Shown here: positions 25,559-36,782 of the stretch, one piece after another | Position numbering within the stretch: the first letter of the stretch is position 1 | How the letters are laid out: each line of letters starts with the position of its first letter | Assembly (NCBI GenBank): GCA_964550895.1 | Contig: CAZKAP010000003.1 | Span: 49,082-113,081, forward strand | Reading direction: 5' to 3' | DNA length: 64,000 nucleotides | Source of the DNA: an uncultured Flavobacteriaceae bacterium | GTDB lineage: Bacteria; Bacteroidota; Bacteroidia; Flavobacteriales; Flavobacteriaceae | Translations under genes and position numbers: made by a program | Notes under the pieces: model-generated | Told to the model about the DNA's origin: nothing | The model's database searches: none | What the model saw: the letters and a program-made list of their open reading frames with translations, nothing else

Positions 25559-26140
25559 CTACTTGACCAGAGTCATGAACACGATCAAATATAGCCATAA
25601 GAAATCGAGAAAATGCCAGAACATATTGCTCAACTCCAGGCCAAAATAATTTTCCGAACTGTATTTTCCCTGCGTATGCTTAATCAGCACCACCGTCAGT
25701 GATATCAACCCCGCCGCCAGATGTGCCAGATGAACTGCGGCGATCAGGTAAATGAACGACATCTTTATGGAGCTCCCCACTCCGGTAAAATTATACCCGT
25801 TGGCGAGCATCTGGTTGAAGCCCACAAATTGGAGGACGGCGAACAATATCCCCAGGGCATAGGTAGTGCCCAGCAGCAGTGTGGTCCGCTGGTACTCGTC
25901 GACCTTGATGGCTCTCTTGGCCAATCCGTAGGTAACGCTGCTGGCCAGCAGTACCACGGCAGAAATATAAAAGGCCGGAGGCAGTTCGATACTGCTCAAC
26001 CAGTCCTGTTCCTTACTGCGCACCACATATGCACTGGTCCAGCCAGCAAAACCCATAAAAAGGCTTCCCATGGCGAACCACATCATCATCCTGCGGGCCC
26101 TGATCTCCCGATCCGATAGTTTCTGTTGTACTATATCCAT
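25559..26140 (-). CDS. cytochrome c oxidase subunit III family protein (second copy)
   Basis: 193 aa, ending in the subunit III signature MFWHFLDFLWLYLIVF. Confidence 0.8.
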   Translation of the reverse strand: MDIVQQKLSDREIRARRMMMWFAMGSLFMGFAGWTSAYVVRSKEQDWLSSIELPPAFYISAVVLLASSVTYGLAKRAIKVDEYQRTTLLLGTTYALGILFAVLQFVGFNQMLANGYNFTGVGSSIKMSFIYLIAAVHLAHLAAGLISLTVVLIKHTQGKYSSENYFGLELSNMFWHFLDFLWLYLIVFMTLVK

Positions 26141-27081
26141 CCGGACTGTCGTATAAAGTGATCGATTACGTAAATGAGCTGCAGCAAGGTGATGTACAAT
26201 ACACTGCGGAGCATGAGTTTCCGGGCCGCGGCCCGGGTTCGTTCCAGGTAGAGTTCAAACGCCGCCGTGAGCATGAGTGCACCCAGCAGGCCCACGGCAA
26301 TTACCCCCACCAGCGACAGGGTCAGGCTTCCGGTGTACCCCCAGTAGGGCAAAACCGAAATCAGTATGGTCCACACGGTGTAAAGCACGATCTGAAGGGC
26401 CGTTCCCTGATCGCGCTTCCCGGTAGGCAGCATCTTGAATCCCCCCTTTCTGTAGTCGTCATCCAGCATCCAGGCCAAAGCCCAGAAGTGGGGAAATTGC
26501 CAGAAAAATTGCATCATAAACAGGGTTCCGGCTTCTATGCCGAAGGATCCTGTCGCAGCTACCCATCCCAGCATAAAGGGTATGGCACCCGGTATGGCTC
26601 CCACCAGCACCGATAATGGAGTCCTCGTCTTCAGCGGGGTGTACACCAGTGTGTAAATCAATATGGAAAGGGCCCCGAACAGAGCCGTCCTGGGGTTAAT
26701 GGCTAACAGGCAACCCAGGCCAAAGACAGTTAGGCTAACCCCCAGAACCAGGGCCGTGGGCGGGCTCACCCGCCCGGCCGGTAAAGGCCGGTTTCGGGTT
26801 CGTTTCATCAGGAAATCCAGATCCTTTTCCATGACCTGGTTAAATACATTGGAGGCCCCGACCAGGGCGTACCCTCCAGCGGCGAGCAGCAACAGGGCCC
26901 AGGGATCGAATTGACGCACGGCGAGGAGATATCCGGCCAGGGAAGAGAATACCACGCTCATGGAAAGCCTGACCTTGGTCAGTTCCAGAAAGTCCGACCA
27001 TTTCAGGGACCAGACATTCACCCGCGTAAGAACTCCACCGTATAACTTCATCCGATCGATATTCCTGCAAATATACGGCAT
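26131..27081 (-). CDS. cyoE: protoheme IX farnesyltransferase (heme O synthase)
   Basis: 316 aa UbiA-family membrane protein (NVFNQVMEKDLDFLMKRTRNRPLPAGR). The start could instead be ATG 27051. Confidence 0.9.
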   Translation of the reverse strand: MPYICRNIDRMKLYGGVLTRVNVWSLKWSDFLELTKVRLSMSVVFSSLAGYLLAVRQFDPWALLLLAAGGYALVGASNVFNQVMEKDLDFLMKRTRNRPLPAGRVSPPTALVLGVSLTVFGLGCLLAINPRTALFGALSILIYTLVYTPLKTRTPLSVLVGAIPGAIPFMLGWVAATGSFGIEAGTLFMMQFFWQFPHFWALAWMLDDDYRKGGFKMLPTGKRDQGTALQIVLYTVWTILISVLPYWGYTGSLTLSLVGVIAVGLLGALMLTAAFELYLERTRAAARKLMLRSVLYITLLQLIYVIDHFIRQSGWI

Positions 27082-27154
27082 GGGTTACGGTTACCCAACG
27101 TTCACCGGCGCCATGGGCAGACAAGCGAACCGGTAATTGTACGCTCTATTCGAT

Positions 27155-27835
27155 CTACTGCAAATACACCCGAATGGGTATGGTGTAGTACACCCCCACG
27201 CTGCGATTGCCTTGCACTGCAGGCTGCATCTCAGGAAGCGTTTGAAATACCCGCTCGACTTCGGCGGTGAGCCGCTCATTGGAAGAAGACCCTTCGATTC
27301 GTAGTACCCGGCCCTGCTGATCGATTTCAAACCGAACGTATACCTTAACCTCCCCGGTACCCAGACCAAAATCATCGTGCAAACGGAGGTTCCTGCGGAT
27401 ATGACGATTCATCTTTTCCTGAAAACACCGCTGCAAATTCTCCGCCTCTTCACAACCCGGGAATACCGGCCATCGTTGGATATAAGGACCCAGAGGAATA
27501 GCCTCGGGCTCCTCCTCGTACGCGATGGATGAAACGACCAGAGAATCTGATGTGACTTCCTCAAAGGTTTCCGATTCTATGCCGATATCATCAACCATCA
27601 GGATCTTATCCGGCTCCCTCGGTACGGGCAACTTTTTCAAGGCCACGGGCCCGCTGGATTCCTTCAGTGCGGGAGGCAGCTCCTCCCAAAGCAAAGCGGC
27701 TTCCGGCTCGTAATCTTCACGAAGGTTCAGGGTGGCGACCAGGGTTTTCCATTCCAGGGCCGTATAGACCAAACTTAATGCAAACAGGAGGCCCGCGGCA
27801 AAACGGATGCCCCCATGGGTAGATAATGTTCTCAT
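27155..27835 (-). CDS. TonB C-terminal domain protein (energy transducer TonB-like)
   Basis: 226 aa. N-terminal TM and a C-terminal TonB-type domain (PVFPGCEE...CFQEKMNRHIRRNL...VYVRFEIDQQGRV). Confidence 0.7.
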   Translation of the reverse strand: MRTLSTHGGIRFAAGLLFALSLVYTALEWKTLVATLNLREDYEPEAALLWEELPPALKESSGPVALKKLPVPREPDKILMVDDIGIESETFEEVTSDSLVVSSIAYEEEPEAIPLGPYIQRWPVFPGCEEAENLQRCFQEKMNRHIRRNLRLHDDFGLGTGEVKVYVRFEIDQQGRVLRIEGSSSNERLTAEVERVFQTLPEMQPAVQGNRSVGVYYTIPIRVYLQ

Positions 27836-27936
27836 GCGCTAACGATTAAATTCGTCAGGCCGTTAGTTGTGGGTGAATACAGGCTTCACCTAGCCAATAA
27901 GACCAAGTATCGTACCAGAATGCGTTGAGCCTTTGC

Positions 27937-27967
27937 AAAAAAAAGCCCGTGACTTCCGGTCACGGGC
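27937..27967 (-). terminator. rho-independent terminator after tonB
   Basis: Minus-strand RNA GCCCGUGAC-CGGAA-GUCACGGGC forms a perfect 9-bp stem followed by U8. Confidence 0.75.
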
Positions 27968-27994
27968 CTTCGACATATTTTATTGATACCCCTT

Positions 27995-28699
27995 TTACTG
28001 CAGTCGGAACGTAATGGGAATGCTGAAGGGTACCTTAACGGCACGCCCTCTTTGCTTGCCAGGAGTCATTTTGGGAAGCTTCTTGATGATTCGCATGGCT
28101 TCGGCCTCGAGGTTTTTGTCCGGTCCACGCATGCGAATATCGCCGATGGATCCGTCCTTCTGGATGACGAACATCACATTAACCCTACCCTGTACGCCCA
28201 TTTCCTGGGCAATCTCCGGATAGCGGAAATTCTTCACTATGTGCGCCTGCATTTTCTCCTGAAAACACTGCTTCTTGTTACTGGCCCTCTCGCAACCCGG
28301 GAACACGGGCACATCTTCAATAACGGCGAAAGGAACGGAAATATCTTCTTCCATCTCCTCGGCCACGATATCCTCGACCTCTGCGATTTCCTCTTCGGAA
28401 TCACTCTCTGTATCTTCGATTATCGTTTCTTCCACCTCTTCTTCGTCCTCGACCACCTCGATTACCTCAGGGGCAGCAGGGGGCGGAGGGGGCGGAGGTG
28501 TCTTGATTTGTTCGGTCATGGGGACCTCCTCGTCCAGGTCTTCGTCTACGTTAATAGCGATGTCGTAGTCCTGTGATTTGTCGTACTTCTTCCACTCCAA
28601 TGCAGATAGTACCAGCACCATTACGACGGTGAGGCCTATAACGAAATACAGGCCGCTATTCCTGCTGATATCCGCTTTCGGGTTCTTTTTTGGTTCCAT
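27995..28699 (-). CDS. energy transducer TonB
   Basis: 234 aa. TM anchor, Pro-rich spacer (TPPPPPPPAAPE), acidic stretch and a C-terminal TonB domain (PVFPGCE...CFQEKMQAHIVKNF...VNVMFVIQKDGSI). Confidence 0.8.
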   Translation of the reverse strand: MEPKKNPKADISRNSGLYFVIGLTVVMVLVLSALEWKKYDKSQDYDIAINVDEDLDEEVPMTEQIKTPPPPPPPAAPEVIEVVEDEEEVEETIIEDTESDSEEEIAEVEDIVAEEMEEDISVPFAVIEDVPVFPGCERASNKKQCFQEKMQAHIVKNFRYPEIAQEMGVQGRVNVMFVIQKDGSIGDIRMRGPDKNLEAEAMRIIKKLPKMTPGKQRGRAVKVPFSIPITFRLQ

Positions 28700-28725
28700 T
28701 CCGTTCTTTTTGTGTGTTCGCTAAT

Positions 28726-29202
28726 TTAGTATTTTATCTCAATTTCCCTACCCAACAGCCTTTTTATTAACGTTTGGTATACCGGAAAACTTGTGTAGGA
28801 GATCAAAGCCCCGATTAAAGCTCCCAGGCCATTGGCCAGCATGTCCTCTGCCTCCATCCGTCGGGTGTCCGTCAGCAGCGACTGTAAGACCTCAATGATC
28901 ATACCATAAAAGACCGCCAGCGTAAGGGACAACAAAATCAGATTCAGATACTTGCCCTGATACAGGCGAATGATCCAGCCTTGCTGTTCACCTCCGATCT
29001 GCCAGAGTATGCCCAAAACGCAGAAACCCAGGTAAAAACTGAAGTGTGCTACCTTGTCCAGGTGGGGTATGCTCATGGCATTCGGCACATCCCCGAGGGA
29101 AGGCAACAGACTTAACAGGGTAACCAGAATCAGCCAGCCCCAGAACAGGTAGGAGAACAACGGGTATCTAACCGGTAACCATTTTTTCATATTCCCGGGC
29201 AT
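28726..29202 (-). CDS. VanZ family protein
   Basis: 158 aa, four TM helices, with the VanZ-like motif [11 protein letters not shown]. The start may be ATG 29190 (MKKWLPV). Confidence 0.7.
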   Translation of the reverse strand: MPGNMKKWLPVRYPLFSYLFWGWLILVTLLSLLPSLGDVPNAMSIPHLDKVAHFSFYLGFCVLGILWQIGGEQQGWIIRLYQGKYLNLILLSLTLAVFYGMIIEVLQSLLTDTRRMEAEDMLANGLGALIGALISYTSFPVYQTLIKRLLGREIEIKY

Positions 29203-29548
29203 CCATGAGGCCGTCCAGTTCGGAAGGATCTGAAACCCTGATCTTGATCATCCAGCCTTCCCCGTAAGGATCGCTGTTCACCAGTTCGGCCGTTTGTTCC
29301 AGGGATTCGTTGAATTCGACGATTTCTCCGGTAACCGGCAGGAAGAGGTCCGATACCGTTTTCACGGCCTCCACGGTGCCGAAGACTTCATCCTTATCCA
29401 GGGTCTCGCCTACCGTTTCCACTTCGACATAGATGATGTCGCCCAGTTCGCCCTGGGCAAAATCGGTGATTCCCACAACGGCTATTTCGCCTTCCAGGCG
29501 CACCCATTCGTGTTCCTTGGTATACTTGAGTCCTTCGGGTAGATTCAT
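29168..29548 (-). CDS. gcvH: glycine cleavage system protein H
   Basis: Start moved to ATG 29548 ([16 protein letters not shown]). Lipoyl-lysine motif VEAVKTVSD. Confidence 0.9.
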   Translation of the reverse strand: MNLPEGLKYTKEHEWVRLEGEIAVVGITDFAQGELGDIIYVEVETVGETLDKDEVFGTVEAVKTVSDLFLPVTGEIVEFNESLEQTAELVNSDPYGEGWMIKIRVSDPSELDGLMDAREYEKMVTG

Positions 29549-29614
29549 ACTTCGTGTTTTTATGAACACAAAAGTACAATTCCGCAGCCTAGTTCGGCTG
29601 ATTTTTTGAACCGA

Positions 29615-32600
29615 CTAGTTGCCGAAGTTGTACCTCAGGGTGAAGCCGGCATTGATCGAGGTCTGCGGGAAGGCCGTGGATACTTTGAACTGGGAGAAGG
29701 AATGATCGTAGAAGAAAAGCGCATTCAGGCTCTGGCTCAGGGCGTAGTCTGCCGTGAAATTAATTCCCCACAGCTGCTGGCCGGAGGTGATCTGATTGTT
29801 GTCGATATCCAGGTTCCGGATAATCGTCTCGTTGTCCCTGAGAGAAATGTCGGCCTTGAGGTTGAGGTCGCCCTTGAGACGGGTCTGCTCGCCTCCGATA
29901 TTAGTGACAAATCTCACATCCTTGATCCGGTACCCCAGTCCGAGGGTATACTCCCGTCCATTGACTTCCGTAAGCAGATTGTTGTCGAAGCTGAGCGAAA
30001 GGGCCCGGTCCGTTCGTACCTCCGCCAGGACGCTCAAGGAGTTTTCCATTTCGAAGTCGAGACGGATCAGCGGGTTAAACTGGTCGTTCAGCACTACGTT
30101 GCTGATGATATCGTCGGGACGAATATTGCCGGTCTCCGGCTCGAACAGGCCGTTCTGCTTCTCCAGATTGGTCTGAAAATTATTGATGGAATAGGCCGAA
30201 CGATAGCCGTGCTGTATGGAAAACCTGCGGAATCGCTCCTTAAACCACTTGTTCTTCATCAGGCCCGTCCACTTAATGGTCCAGTTGGGAAGGGGGATGT
30301 TGCGAAATGCTCCCAGATTCACATTCTCGGCACTCTGCCCGGTATAGGCGGCTACGAAGGCCGGCAATAGTACATCCTGCTGGGTTTTCCCGAAGCGTTC
30401 GGGGAATCCGTCTGCATCCCGGTTACCGGTATCCAGTCCGGGCTGGGAGGCCAACAACCGGTTCGCTATGGTCAATCGGTTTTCCTTGAACTGTTCGAAT
30501 GTAGTCGAGTTAAACTCATCGCTCTGGCTAAAAGCCGTTGCGATCATGATGTTGGAAATACTAAAGTTACCGCTGTTATTGGTCAGGAGCTGCACGTACT
30601 CAAAATTATCGTCTGCCAGCTGTTCGACGCGGAAATTCTCGAGCAGATTGGTCGCAAACTGACGGTCGGCGACCAGGTCGATGGTAAGGTCCGGTGTCGG
30701 CTGGGCCGTCGCGGTAATGCTCAACTGACGGGACAGGTTCTGCATGAACTGGGAGTTGAACTCGGGAAAGGTCGTCAAAAAGCCCCTTCGGGCGGCGTCG
30801 AAACGCACGTCTGCCTGGCTGCCGAAAACGAATCCCAGGGTAGGCTTGGAAGTGCCGATAAAGCCCACGGAACGGGTATAACCCGGCAATACCGTTCCCC
30901 TGCTCTCGGTATAATTCACCGTACCCCGCTTGACCATGGTGAGGATGTCGACCAGGGTATTGAAGGCCTTGGAGGTCTTTTTGGGCTTCTTCTCCTCTTC
31001 CTCATCCCCGTCCGAAACCGGAGTGAGCGGCCCGCTGCGCGCCGGTGGCTCCGTGCCATCGCGCTTGACCAGTCCGAGATAGTCATACAGTCCCTGCAGG
31101 GTCATGTTCACCACCATATTGTGGGTACTCGCATTCTGCACCGTATTGATATCCTCCCCGGCTACCTCGCGCAATGCGTCTCCTCCCCGTTGCCAGTCGA
31201 AGTTGCTGTTATAGGTGTATTGGGCGGTCATAAAATTCAGGAAGGGAAATTTATCAAGGGGCAGATCGTAATTGACCTGCAAAATCTGGCTATGGCGATT
31301 CGGCTCACCCACATCGAAGAACCCGTCCCAGATATTCAGGTCGGAATTAATCCCCGAGCGATCGTCCCCGTCTGCGTTGAAATAATTGCGGACGATGCTG
31401 TTGTTGGAGGCCGTGAGGTTAGCCCTCAGGGACTTGGTAATGTTGTAGTTGACTGCGTACTGCCAGTTGAAGAGGTAATTGCGCTGCTGCAGCGTCGGGA
31501 GGGCGAGGGTCTCCACCCCGGGTTCGAATACCTCGCGGAAGCGTTGCTGGTTAAAGGTGCGGTTGATGTCGGCATTCATCGAAATACTCGTCGGAAGCAG
31601 ATTGAAATTGAGTTCCTTGAGCCACTGCCAGTAGCGACCGCTGAGAATGGAGTCATTTTTGGCGAACGGAGCGACCTCCAGGGGCTGGAATTCGTGGGCA
31701 TAGACAACGCCGGCATTGATGCGCTGCTCCCTCAGTTCCGCGATCTCGAAATCCCGGTGGTTGGTCTCGTTATAGGAATAGTTGAAGGTAAAATTCTCTA
31801 CGTCGAAAAAGTTGGGCTTGGCATCCGCAGACCGGTCTTTCCTGACACCGATTAGGTTAAAACTGCGCCGTTTGGTATAGTCCTCGGCCTGTTCCCGCAC
31901 GCGATCCGCATCGGCGGGTGTGGCAGCCTGCGAAATTCGATCCTCAAGCTTGAGGTCGTCGTACACCGGGTCGAATTCCGGGGTGATTAGCGTCTCGGAG
32001 AATCCGTAGTTGACCGGCAGTTGAATCCCCCACTTCCCGGGCAGCAACTGACCGACGTTCACATTGGTGACCACATCATAGGTACGCGTGTCTTCCCGGG
32101 CGCGTTCATTCGGAATCTGGTCGATGGAACCGAATCCCGAAGTACTCCGGTTCATGGTCGCCGTCACATTCATGAAGTCGGCCATATTGGCGTCCAGGGC
32201 AGCCGTTGCGGCCCATCCCCCCTGATTATCCAGGCCGGCCAGGCGCAATTCGTTAAACCAGACCTCTCCGCGTGCCGGCAGGTTATCGGTATTCTTTACC
32301 CCCACCATCATGGCCCTGAGGCTGCCCAGTGAAGGGTTCCCCTTGATAGCGATCCGTTGACGCCCGACCGTATGGGGGGTATTCTCGGATACCTCTATAA
32401 GCTGCCCATCCACGAATTCATAATAGGTAAGGTCGCTGAGTGTTCCCTGTTCAATCCCCCTGGATTTGATCAGATTCAGCTGGTCCAGATCGAGGTTGAT
32501 CTCGTTGACCTCGGGCCAGATCTCACGGGGAGAGCGGGCAGTGAATGGGGTGAATTCAAGCGGCAGTTCGATCTGATAGAAATTCTCCGAGAAGTCGGTT

Positions 32601-35600
32601 CCGATACGAAGGAAGCCGACCAGCGGAGTTTCGCCGCCGCCGTAGTCGCTCTCCAGCACTTCTTCGGCATGCATAAACATGCGTATCCGCTCATACTGAC
32701 GCACATCGATGTTAATGTTCTTAAATACGCCCCGGGAATCCTGGGGCTCGAGGTCCTCCAGCAAGAAAGATAGGGACTGCTCATTCTGCCGGATGATGGT
32801 GTTGTTGTTGTTGAGCTGCTCGCGCACTACCCCGGGGGGTAGTACATAGGGAATGGGGATACGGCCGCTGTTCTCCTCTATATTCACCGTATTCACATCG
32901 ACAGTAGTCAGGTCGTCGGCCGGATCGTCCTCATTGGTCTGCAACGTACTCAGGTAGGTCCGCCAGTCGCCCCGAACCAGGTCCAGCGTAGCGAATCTCA
33001 GCACCACATCGCTATTAAAGCCCGTGAGGTACATCCGCATGAAACTGATGGAACGGAAGTCCGCTATGCCCCCTACCGCATCAGTGAAATCGCTCAGGGG
33101 AATCTTATATTGAATCCAGCGCCGGTTGAGCTGCTGACCGTTGGCCAGGGTCGGAGTGACCCCTTCCCGTATGTCGGTCACGTACTGGTCGTCTATGGTC
33201 GTATTGGGCTTTATGGGAATGCGGTACTCGTAATAGCTATTTACCGTATTCATAGTGAGATCCCGGTCGATATCCTCGACATCGGGCAGGGTAGTGGAAC
33301 CCCGGTCGGTGTTGGTGACGCTGACCGGAGAGTTGCCTTCAGGATTGTTAAAATCCAGATATCGCTCGAGTATTCCCCCTTCACGCGCAAGGTAATAGGT
33401 ATAATTGTCCAGAGCCGGGTCGTCTCCGGGATTGTTGTAAACGGCGGCCTCCGCTTCGTCCGACAACCCGTCCAGCCCCAGATCCTGCAGGGAACGATTG
33501 GCCTCGTTGGCATCAAAGGCATACACCAGGGACTGAGAGGAAGGCACCTGCCCCCATGAGGTCGGGGACACCAGCACGTCCCCATCCGTGGCTGGCAGGC
33601 CGTTTTCGTACTGCTTTCGCCCGTCCTTGAGTATATCCTCCGAAATGTTTCCCAGATTGATCACGAGTTCTCCCGCATCCGTGGCGATACCATCCACATA
33701 GGGGTCCAGTACCCAGAACTGCACGAATTCCACATTGGACTGCTCGAAATTCGTACTGCTCAGCGGGCGCATGATACCCCCCCATTTCTGCTCCGGTGAC
33801 AGCCCGTCGAAGCCCGGGTTATTGTTGTAAGGACCTTTTCGTTCGGGGTAGTACGCCAGGTCGAGTGTACCCTGTACCGTGGTCTGACCCTGGGCGATAT
33901 CCACCGTGGGGAAGACCTCGTCGATGAATACCCTACGGGTTTCATTCAGGGAAACATCATTGTCAGTTAGGCCCGACGGCCGCTGGTTCGTATAAAAGAT
34001 CGGATCGATGGTGTACCAGGCCATTTTAGCCCTTCCGTAACCCGAAGTCAGGTTCAGAGGATCGTCCGGAGTGGAGCCGGGTAGGCTGTTGCCCGGGAAG
34101 AACTCCAGGGGCGGGCTTGCCAGTGTCCAGCCCAGGAAGCCCCGCACATCGATAAGCGCCTGAGCGCCTTCGAAATCGTCCAGATAGGAGGTGGTCTCCC
34201 CATTAAAATCGGCATTCTTTGGGGAATTCGGACTCAGCAACGCCACCTCTCCCCTCAGGGACAGGTTAGAGGGCGCATCGGTATCGATATTGGGCAGTTT
34301 ATTGGCCAGCCTCGTGAGAAAGGGCAACTCGGTTGAGAAGATACCGTTCAGCCCGAAGACCGTGTTGTTCACCGGCTCCACCCCGAAATTCGCCTTTTGG
34401 GTCAGGGGCCTTTCGTTCAGGTTGATCAGCGTACCGTTGATCACGAAATTTTCGTTGAAGGTATGCTCCACATTCACACCGGTGAACCGACGAGTCTGCT
34501 GACCGAAAACCGCATTGTTCTCCACGGAAATATTGATCGGGACATTGCTCGCCTCCAGACTCGGGTCCAGCAGTTGAACCGTGCCCCCTTGATAATTGAC
34601 CGTATAGTCCACCCCTTCCTGCAACTGCCGGCCACCTGCCGTCACCCGGACGGAGCCCCGCGGCACGTTAAACGCTCCGATGGGGATTCCACTCTGTCCC
34701 TGCGACTTGTAGCGACCCTTGATCTGAAACCGGTTCTTGGCCGCATCCTCCAGCGAGGCCGCCTTGGTTTTGGCATAGAGGTCACGGAATACATATTTTT
34801 CCTGGTTCGGGTTGTATCCCTGGTCGTTCTCCACATCGTATACCTCGGAGGCATCGTTTCTGAGCAGTTCGAAGAGGTATTCCCCAAAGGGCTCCACCTT
34901 AGTAAAGATGATGCGTCCGCTCTGGGTTTCCACGGTACGGCCGGGAATGAAATCGAAGAAGCCGTCACCGCCCTCCTGCACGTCGTTGTAGACATTGAGG
35001 CGGTCGAAGTTGAACACATTGATCAATATGCGGTCCTGAAGACCGTCCGGCCAGCCCTGGGCCGGGTCCACCGGTGTGATGTAATTCCTCGGGCTGGGAT
35101 CCGAATACAGGATGTTCAGTTTAAAATCCTCCTGGCTAAGCTGGAACGCACCCGTGGAGTAGATGTTCTTCATCATCAGATCCCATATGGGGTCATCCAC
35201 ATTCGTGATATTACTCTTGAGCAGTTTCAGGATCAGAGTGTTGTTCTCGACCACGGGGGCCTGGGCACCGGCAGAAACGGAGGTCGCCTCTATGGAACCA
35301 TTGGCAAATTCCCCCACCTGATACACCTGTCCGTTGAAGGTATACTGGAAGGCCACCGCCAATACCTCATCGTTGCTGAGCCTCTGGTTCAGCGAAATGT
35401 AGCCCAATTGGGAGTCGAACTGGTAGTCCCTGCCCGGCTCCAGTTTCTGGGCATTCTCGAGGAAGGTGTAGTCAAAACCCTGATTGGCCACGTAACCCCC
35501 GGGTATGTTAAACGCGTTTTCCACCGTGGCGATATCGCGTATACCGGCAGTCAAGACACCATCGGCCCCAATGCGAACCGGATCGTAATCGTTAGCGCCG

Positions 35601-36775
35601 TTCTGCGGAAGGCCGCTGGCGGACTCGGGATTGAAAAAGCCTGCCGGTGCACCCCCTGCCCTGCCAATGCGCGTTCGCTCCGCCCGGGTCTCCCCCAGGT
35701 CTTGTATGGCCACCACATTCCTTACGTTGAGGGTCTGCTGGCTGCGATTGGTCACCCAAACCTCCAAACGGGTGATCTGAACCTGACTCTGGACAAAAGG
35801 ATAACTCTCGAGGGCGCGATCGTAATTGTCCCGGAAGTACTGAGAGAGGAAGAAATGCCGGTCCTCGTCGTAATCCATGGCCGTAAGCAGGAAGTCGTCT
35901 ATGGTTCCCCCGCCCTGGGCCACTACCGAATTATTCTGGGACTGTTGCTCTGAGAAAACGGCGGTCACCCGCGTCCTGCCAAACTGAAGTTCGGTCTTGA
36001 CACCGAACAGGCTCTGGGCACCCGAGATCAGCGCACCGCTCAGCGGCATGTTCACGTTACCGATCTCGATATTTTGGAGTATATCATCCTCGGTGGGCTT
36101 ATACTCGAGTTTGATAAGGTTCTGGAAATCGAAAGTAGCCTCGGTGTCGTACTGGGCACTAACCTCGAGTCGTTCGCCGACCTTGCCCAGCAGGCTGAGC
36201 TGAATACGCTGGTCGAAGTCCAGGGACAGGTTCGAGCGGTTACGGGGAGAAAGGGAGGGGTTGTCGTTCTTCTGCCACAGTACTCCCAAATCCATGGCAA
36301 CCGAACCCTGGGGGATCACCTCTATCGTATTTCCACCGAAAATGGTCTCGAAAAAGTTCGAGTTCACATAGAAATTGGGCAACAGGTTCCTGCGAGCCTC
36401 TTCGGCCCCCTCCTTCTTACCGGAAAAGGCGTCGATCTTCTCTTTAAAGTACCCCTTTATGGATTCCCGTCTTACCAGTTCGTAATACTGATCAGGAGTT
36501 AAAAACAGGGGATAGTTAACGGAGTATCCGCCCACCTGTTCGGTGTAGACGTAGCGATCTATGGTGGGATCGTAGGTATACTTGGAAATAACGCTATCTG
36601 GATTCGGTAATTTGAGCTCTCCCAGTGCCACCCCGGTCTTAACCGAGTCCCTAACGGTACTGTCCTGTACCTGCTCCTGACCGTAGAGGAAACCGCTGAA
36701 CAACAGTGCGGCCATAAGTGTCCGGACGGCCCTTTTCGCGGGTGCTCTCAGGATGGCTCTGCTCCCTGTTTCCAA
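29615..36775 (-). CDS. sprA: cell surface protein SprA (T9SS translocon / gliding motility)
   Basis: 2386-aa giant beta-barrel-type protein with a signal peptide. The size and the position next to ruvA are typical of Bacteroidota sprA. The ORF start at 36775 is TTG; an alternative ATG lies at 36715. Confidence 0.9.
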   Translation of the reverse strand: METGSRAILRAPAKRAVRTLMAALLFSGFLYGQEQVQDSTVRDSVKTGVALGELKLPNPDSVISKYTYDPTIDRYVYTEQVGGYSVNYPLFLTPDQYYELVRRESIKGYFKEKIDAFSGKKEGAEEARRNLLPNFYVNSNFFETIFGGNTIEVIPQGSVAMDLGVLWQKNDNPSLSPRNRSNLSLDFDQRIQLSLLGKVGERLEVSAQYDTEATFDFQNLIKLEYKPTEDDILQNIEIGNVNMPLSGALISGAQSLFGVKTELQFGRTRVTAVFSEQQSQNNSVVAQGGGTIDDFLLTAMDYDEDRHFFLSQYFRDNYDRALESYPFVQSQVQITRLEVWVTNRSQQTLNVRNVVAIQDLGETRAERTRIGRAGGAPAGFFNPESASGLPQNGANDYDPVRIGADGVLTAGIRDIATVENAFNIPGGYVANQGFDYTFLENAQKLEPGRDYQFDSQLGYISLNQRLSNDEVLAVAFQYTFNGQVYQVGEFANGSIEATSVSAGAQAPVVENNTLILKLLKSNITNVDDPIWDLMMKNIYSTGAFQLSQEDFKLNILYSDPSPRNYITPVDPAQGWPDGLQDRILINVFNFDRLNVYNDVQEGGDGFFDFIPGRTVETQSGRIIFTKVEPFGEYLFELLRNDASEVYDVENDQGYNPNQEKYVFRDLYAKTKAASLEDAAKNRFQIKGRYKSQGQSGIPIGAFNVPRGSVRVTAGGRQLQEGVDYTVNYQGGTVQLLDPSLEASNVPINISVENNAVFGQQTRRFTGVNVEHTFNENFVINGTLINLNERPLTQKANFGVEPVNNTVFGLNGIFSTELPFLTRLANKLPNIDTDAPSNLSLRGEVALLSPNSPKNADFNGETTSYLDDFEGAQALIDVRGFLGWTLASPPLEFFPGNSLPGSTPDDPLNLTSGYGRAKMAWYTIDPIFYTNQRPSGLTDNDVSLNETRRVFIDEVFPTVDIAQGQTTVQGTLDLAYYPERKGPYNNNPGFDGLSPEQKWGGIMRPLSSTNFEQSNVEFVQFWVLDPYVDGIATDAGELVINLGNISEDILKDGRKQYENGLPATDGDVLVSPTSWGQVPSSQSLVYAFDANEANRSLQDLGLDGLSDEAEAAVYNNPGDDPALDNYTYYLAREGGILERYLDFNNPEGNSPVSVTNTDRGSTTLPDVEDIDRDLTMNTVNSYYEYRIPIKPNTTIDDQYVTDIREGVTPTLANGQQLNRRWIQYKIPLSDFTDAVGGIADFRSISFMRMYLTGFNSDVVLRFATLDLVRGDWRTYLSTLQTNEDDPADDLTTVDVNTVNIEENSGRIPIPYVLPPGVVREQLNNNNTIIRQNEQSLSFLLEDLEPQDSRGVFKNINIDVRQYERIRMFMHAEEVLESDYGGGETPLVGFLRIGTDFSENFYQIELPLEFTPFTARSPREIWPEVNEINLDLDQLNLIKSRGIEQGTLSDLTYYEFVDGQLIEVSENTPHTVGRQRIAIKGNPSLGSLRAMMVGVKNTDNLPARGEVWFNELRLAGLDNQGGWAATAALDANMADFMNVTATMNRSTSGFGSIDQIPNERAREDTRTYDVVTNVNVGQLLPGKWGIQLPVNYGFSETLITPEFDPVYDDLKLEDRISQAATPADADRVREQAEDYTKRRSFNLIGVRKDRSADAKPNFFDVENFTFNYSYNETNHRDFEIAELREQRINAGVVYAHEFQPLEVAPFAKNDSILSGRYWQWLKELNFNLLPTSISMNADINRTFNQQRFREVFEPGVETLALPTLQQRNYLFNWQYAVNYNITKSLRANLTASNNSIVRNYFNADGDDRSGINSDLNIWDGFFDVGEPNRHSQILQVNYDLPLDKFPFLNFMTAQYTYNSNFDWQRGGDALREVAGEDINTVQNASTHNMVVNMTLQGLYDYLGLVKRDGTEPPARSGPLTPVSDGDEEEEKKPKKTSKAFNTLVDILTMVKRGTVNYTESRGTVLPGYTRSVGFIGTSKPTLGFVFGSQADVRFDAARRGFLTTFPEFNSQFMQNLSRQLSITATAQPTPDLTIDLVADRQFATNLLENFRVEQLADDNFEYVQLLTNNSGNFSISNIMIATAFSQSDEFNSTTFEQFKENRLTIANRLLASQPGLDTGNRDADGFPERFGKTQQDVLLPAFVAAYTGQSAENVNLGAFRNIPLPNWTIKWTGLMKNKWFKERFRRFSIQHGYRSAYSINNFQTNLEKQNGLFEPETGNIRPDDIISNVVLNDQFNPLIRLDFEMENSLSVLAEVRTDRALSLSFDNNLLTEVNGREYTLGLGYRIKDVRFVTNIGGEQTRLKGDLNLKADISLRDNETIIRNLDIDNNQITSGQQLWGINFTADYALSQSLNALFFYDHSFSQFKVSTAFPQTSINAGFTLRYNFGN

Positions 36776-36782
36776 AATTGCC

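Noticed and set aside
34397-35953. 518-aa plus-strand ORF inside sprA. Similar cases are 29606-30370 and 31121-31855.
   Set aside because: It is antisense to the 2386-aa sprA reading frame, which is clearly the real gene.
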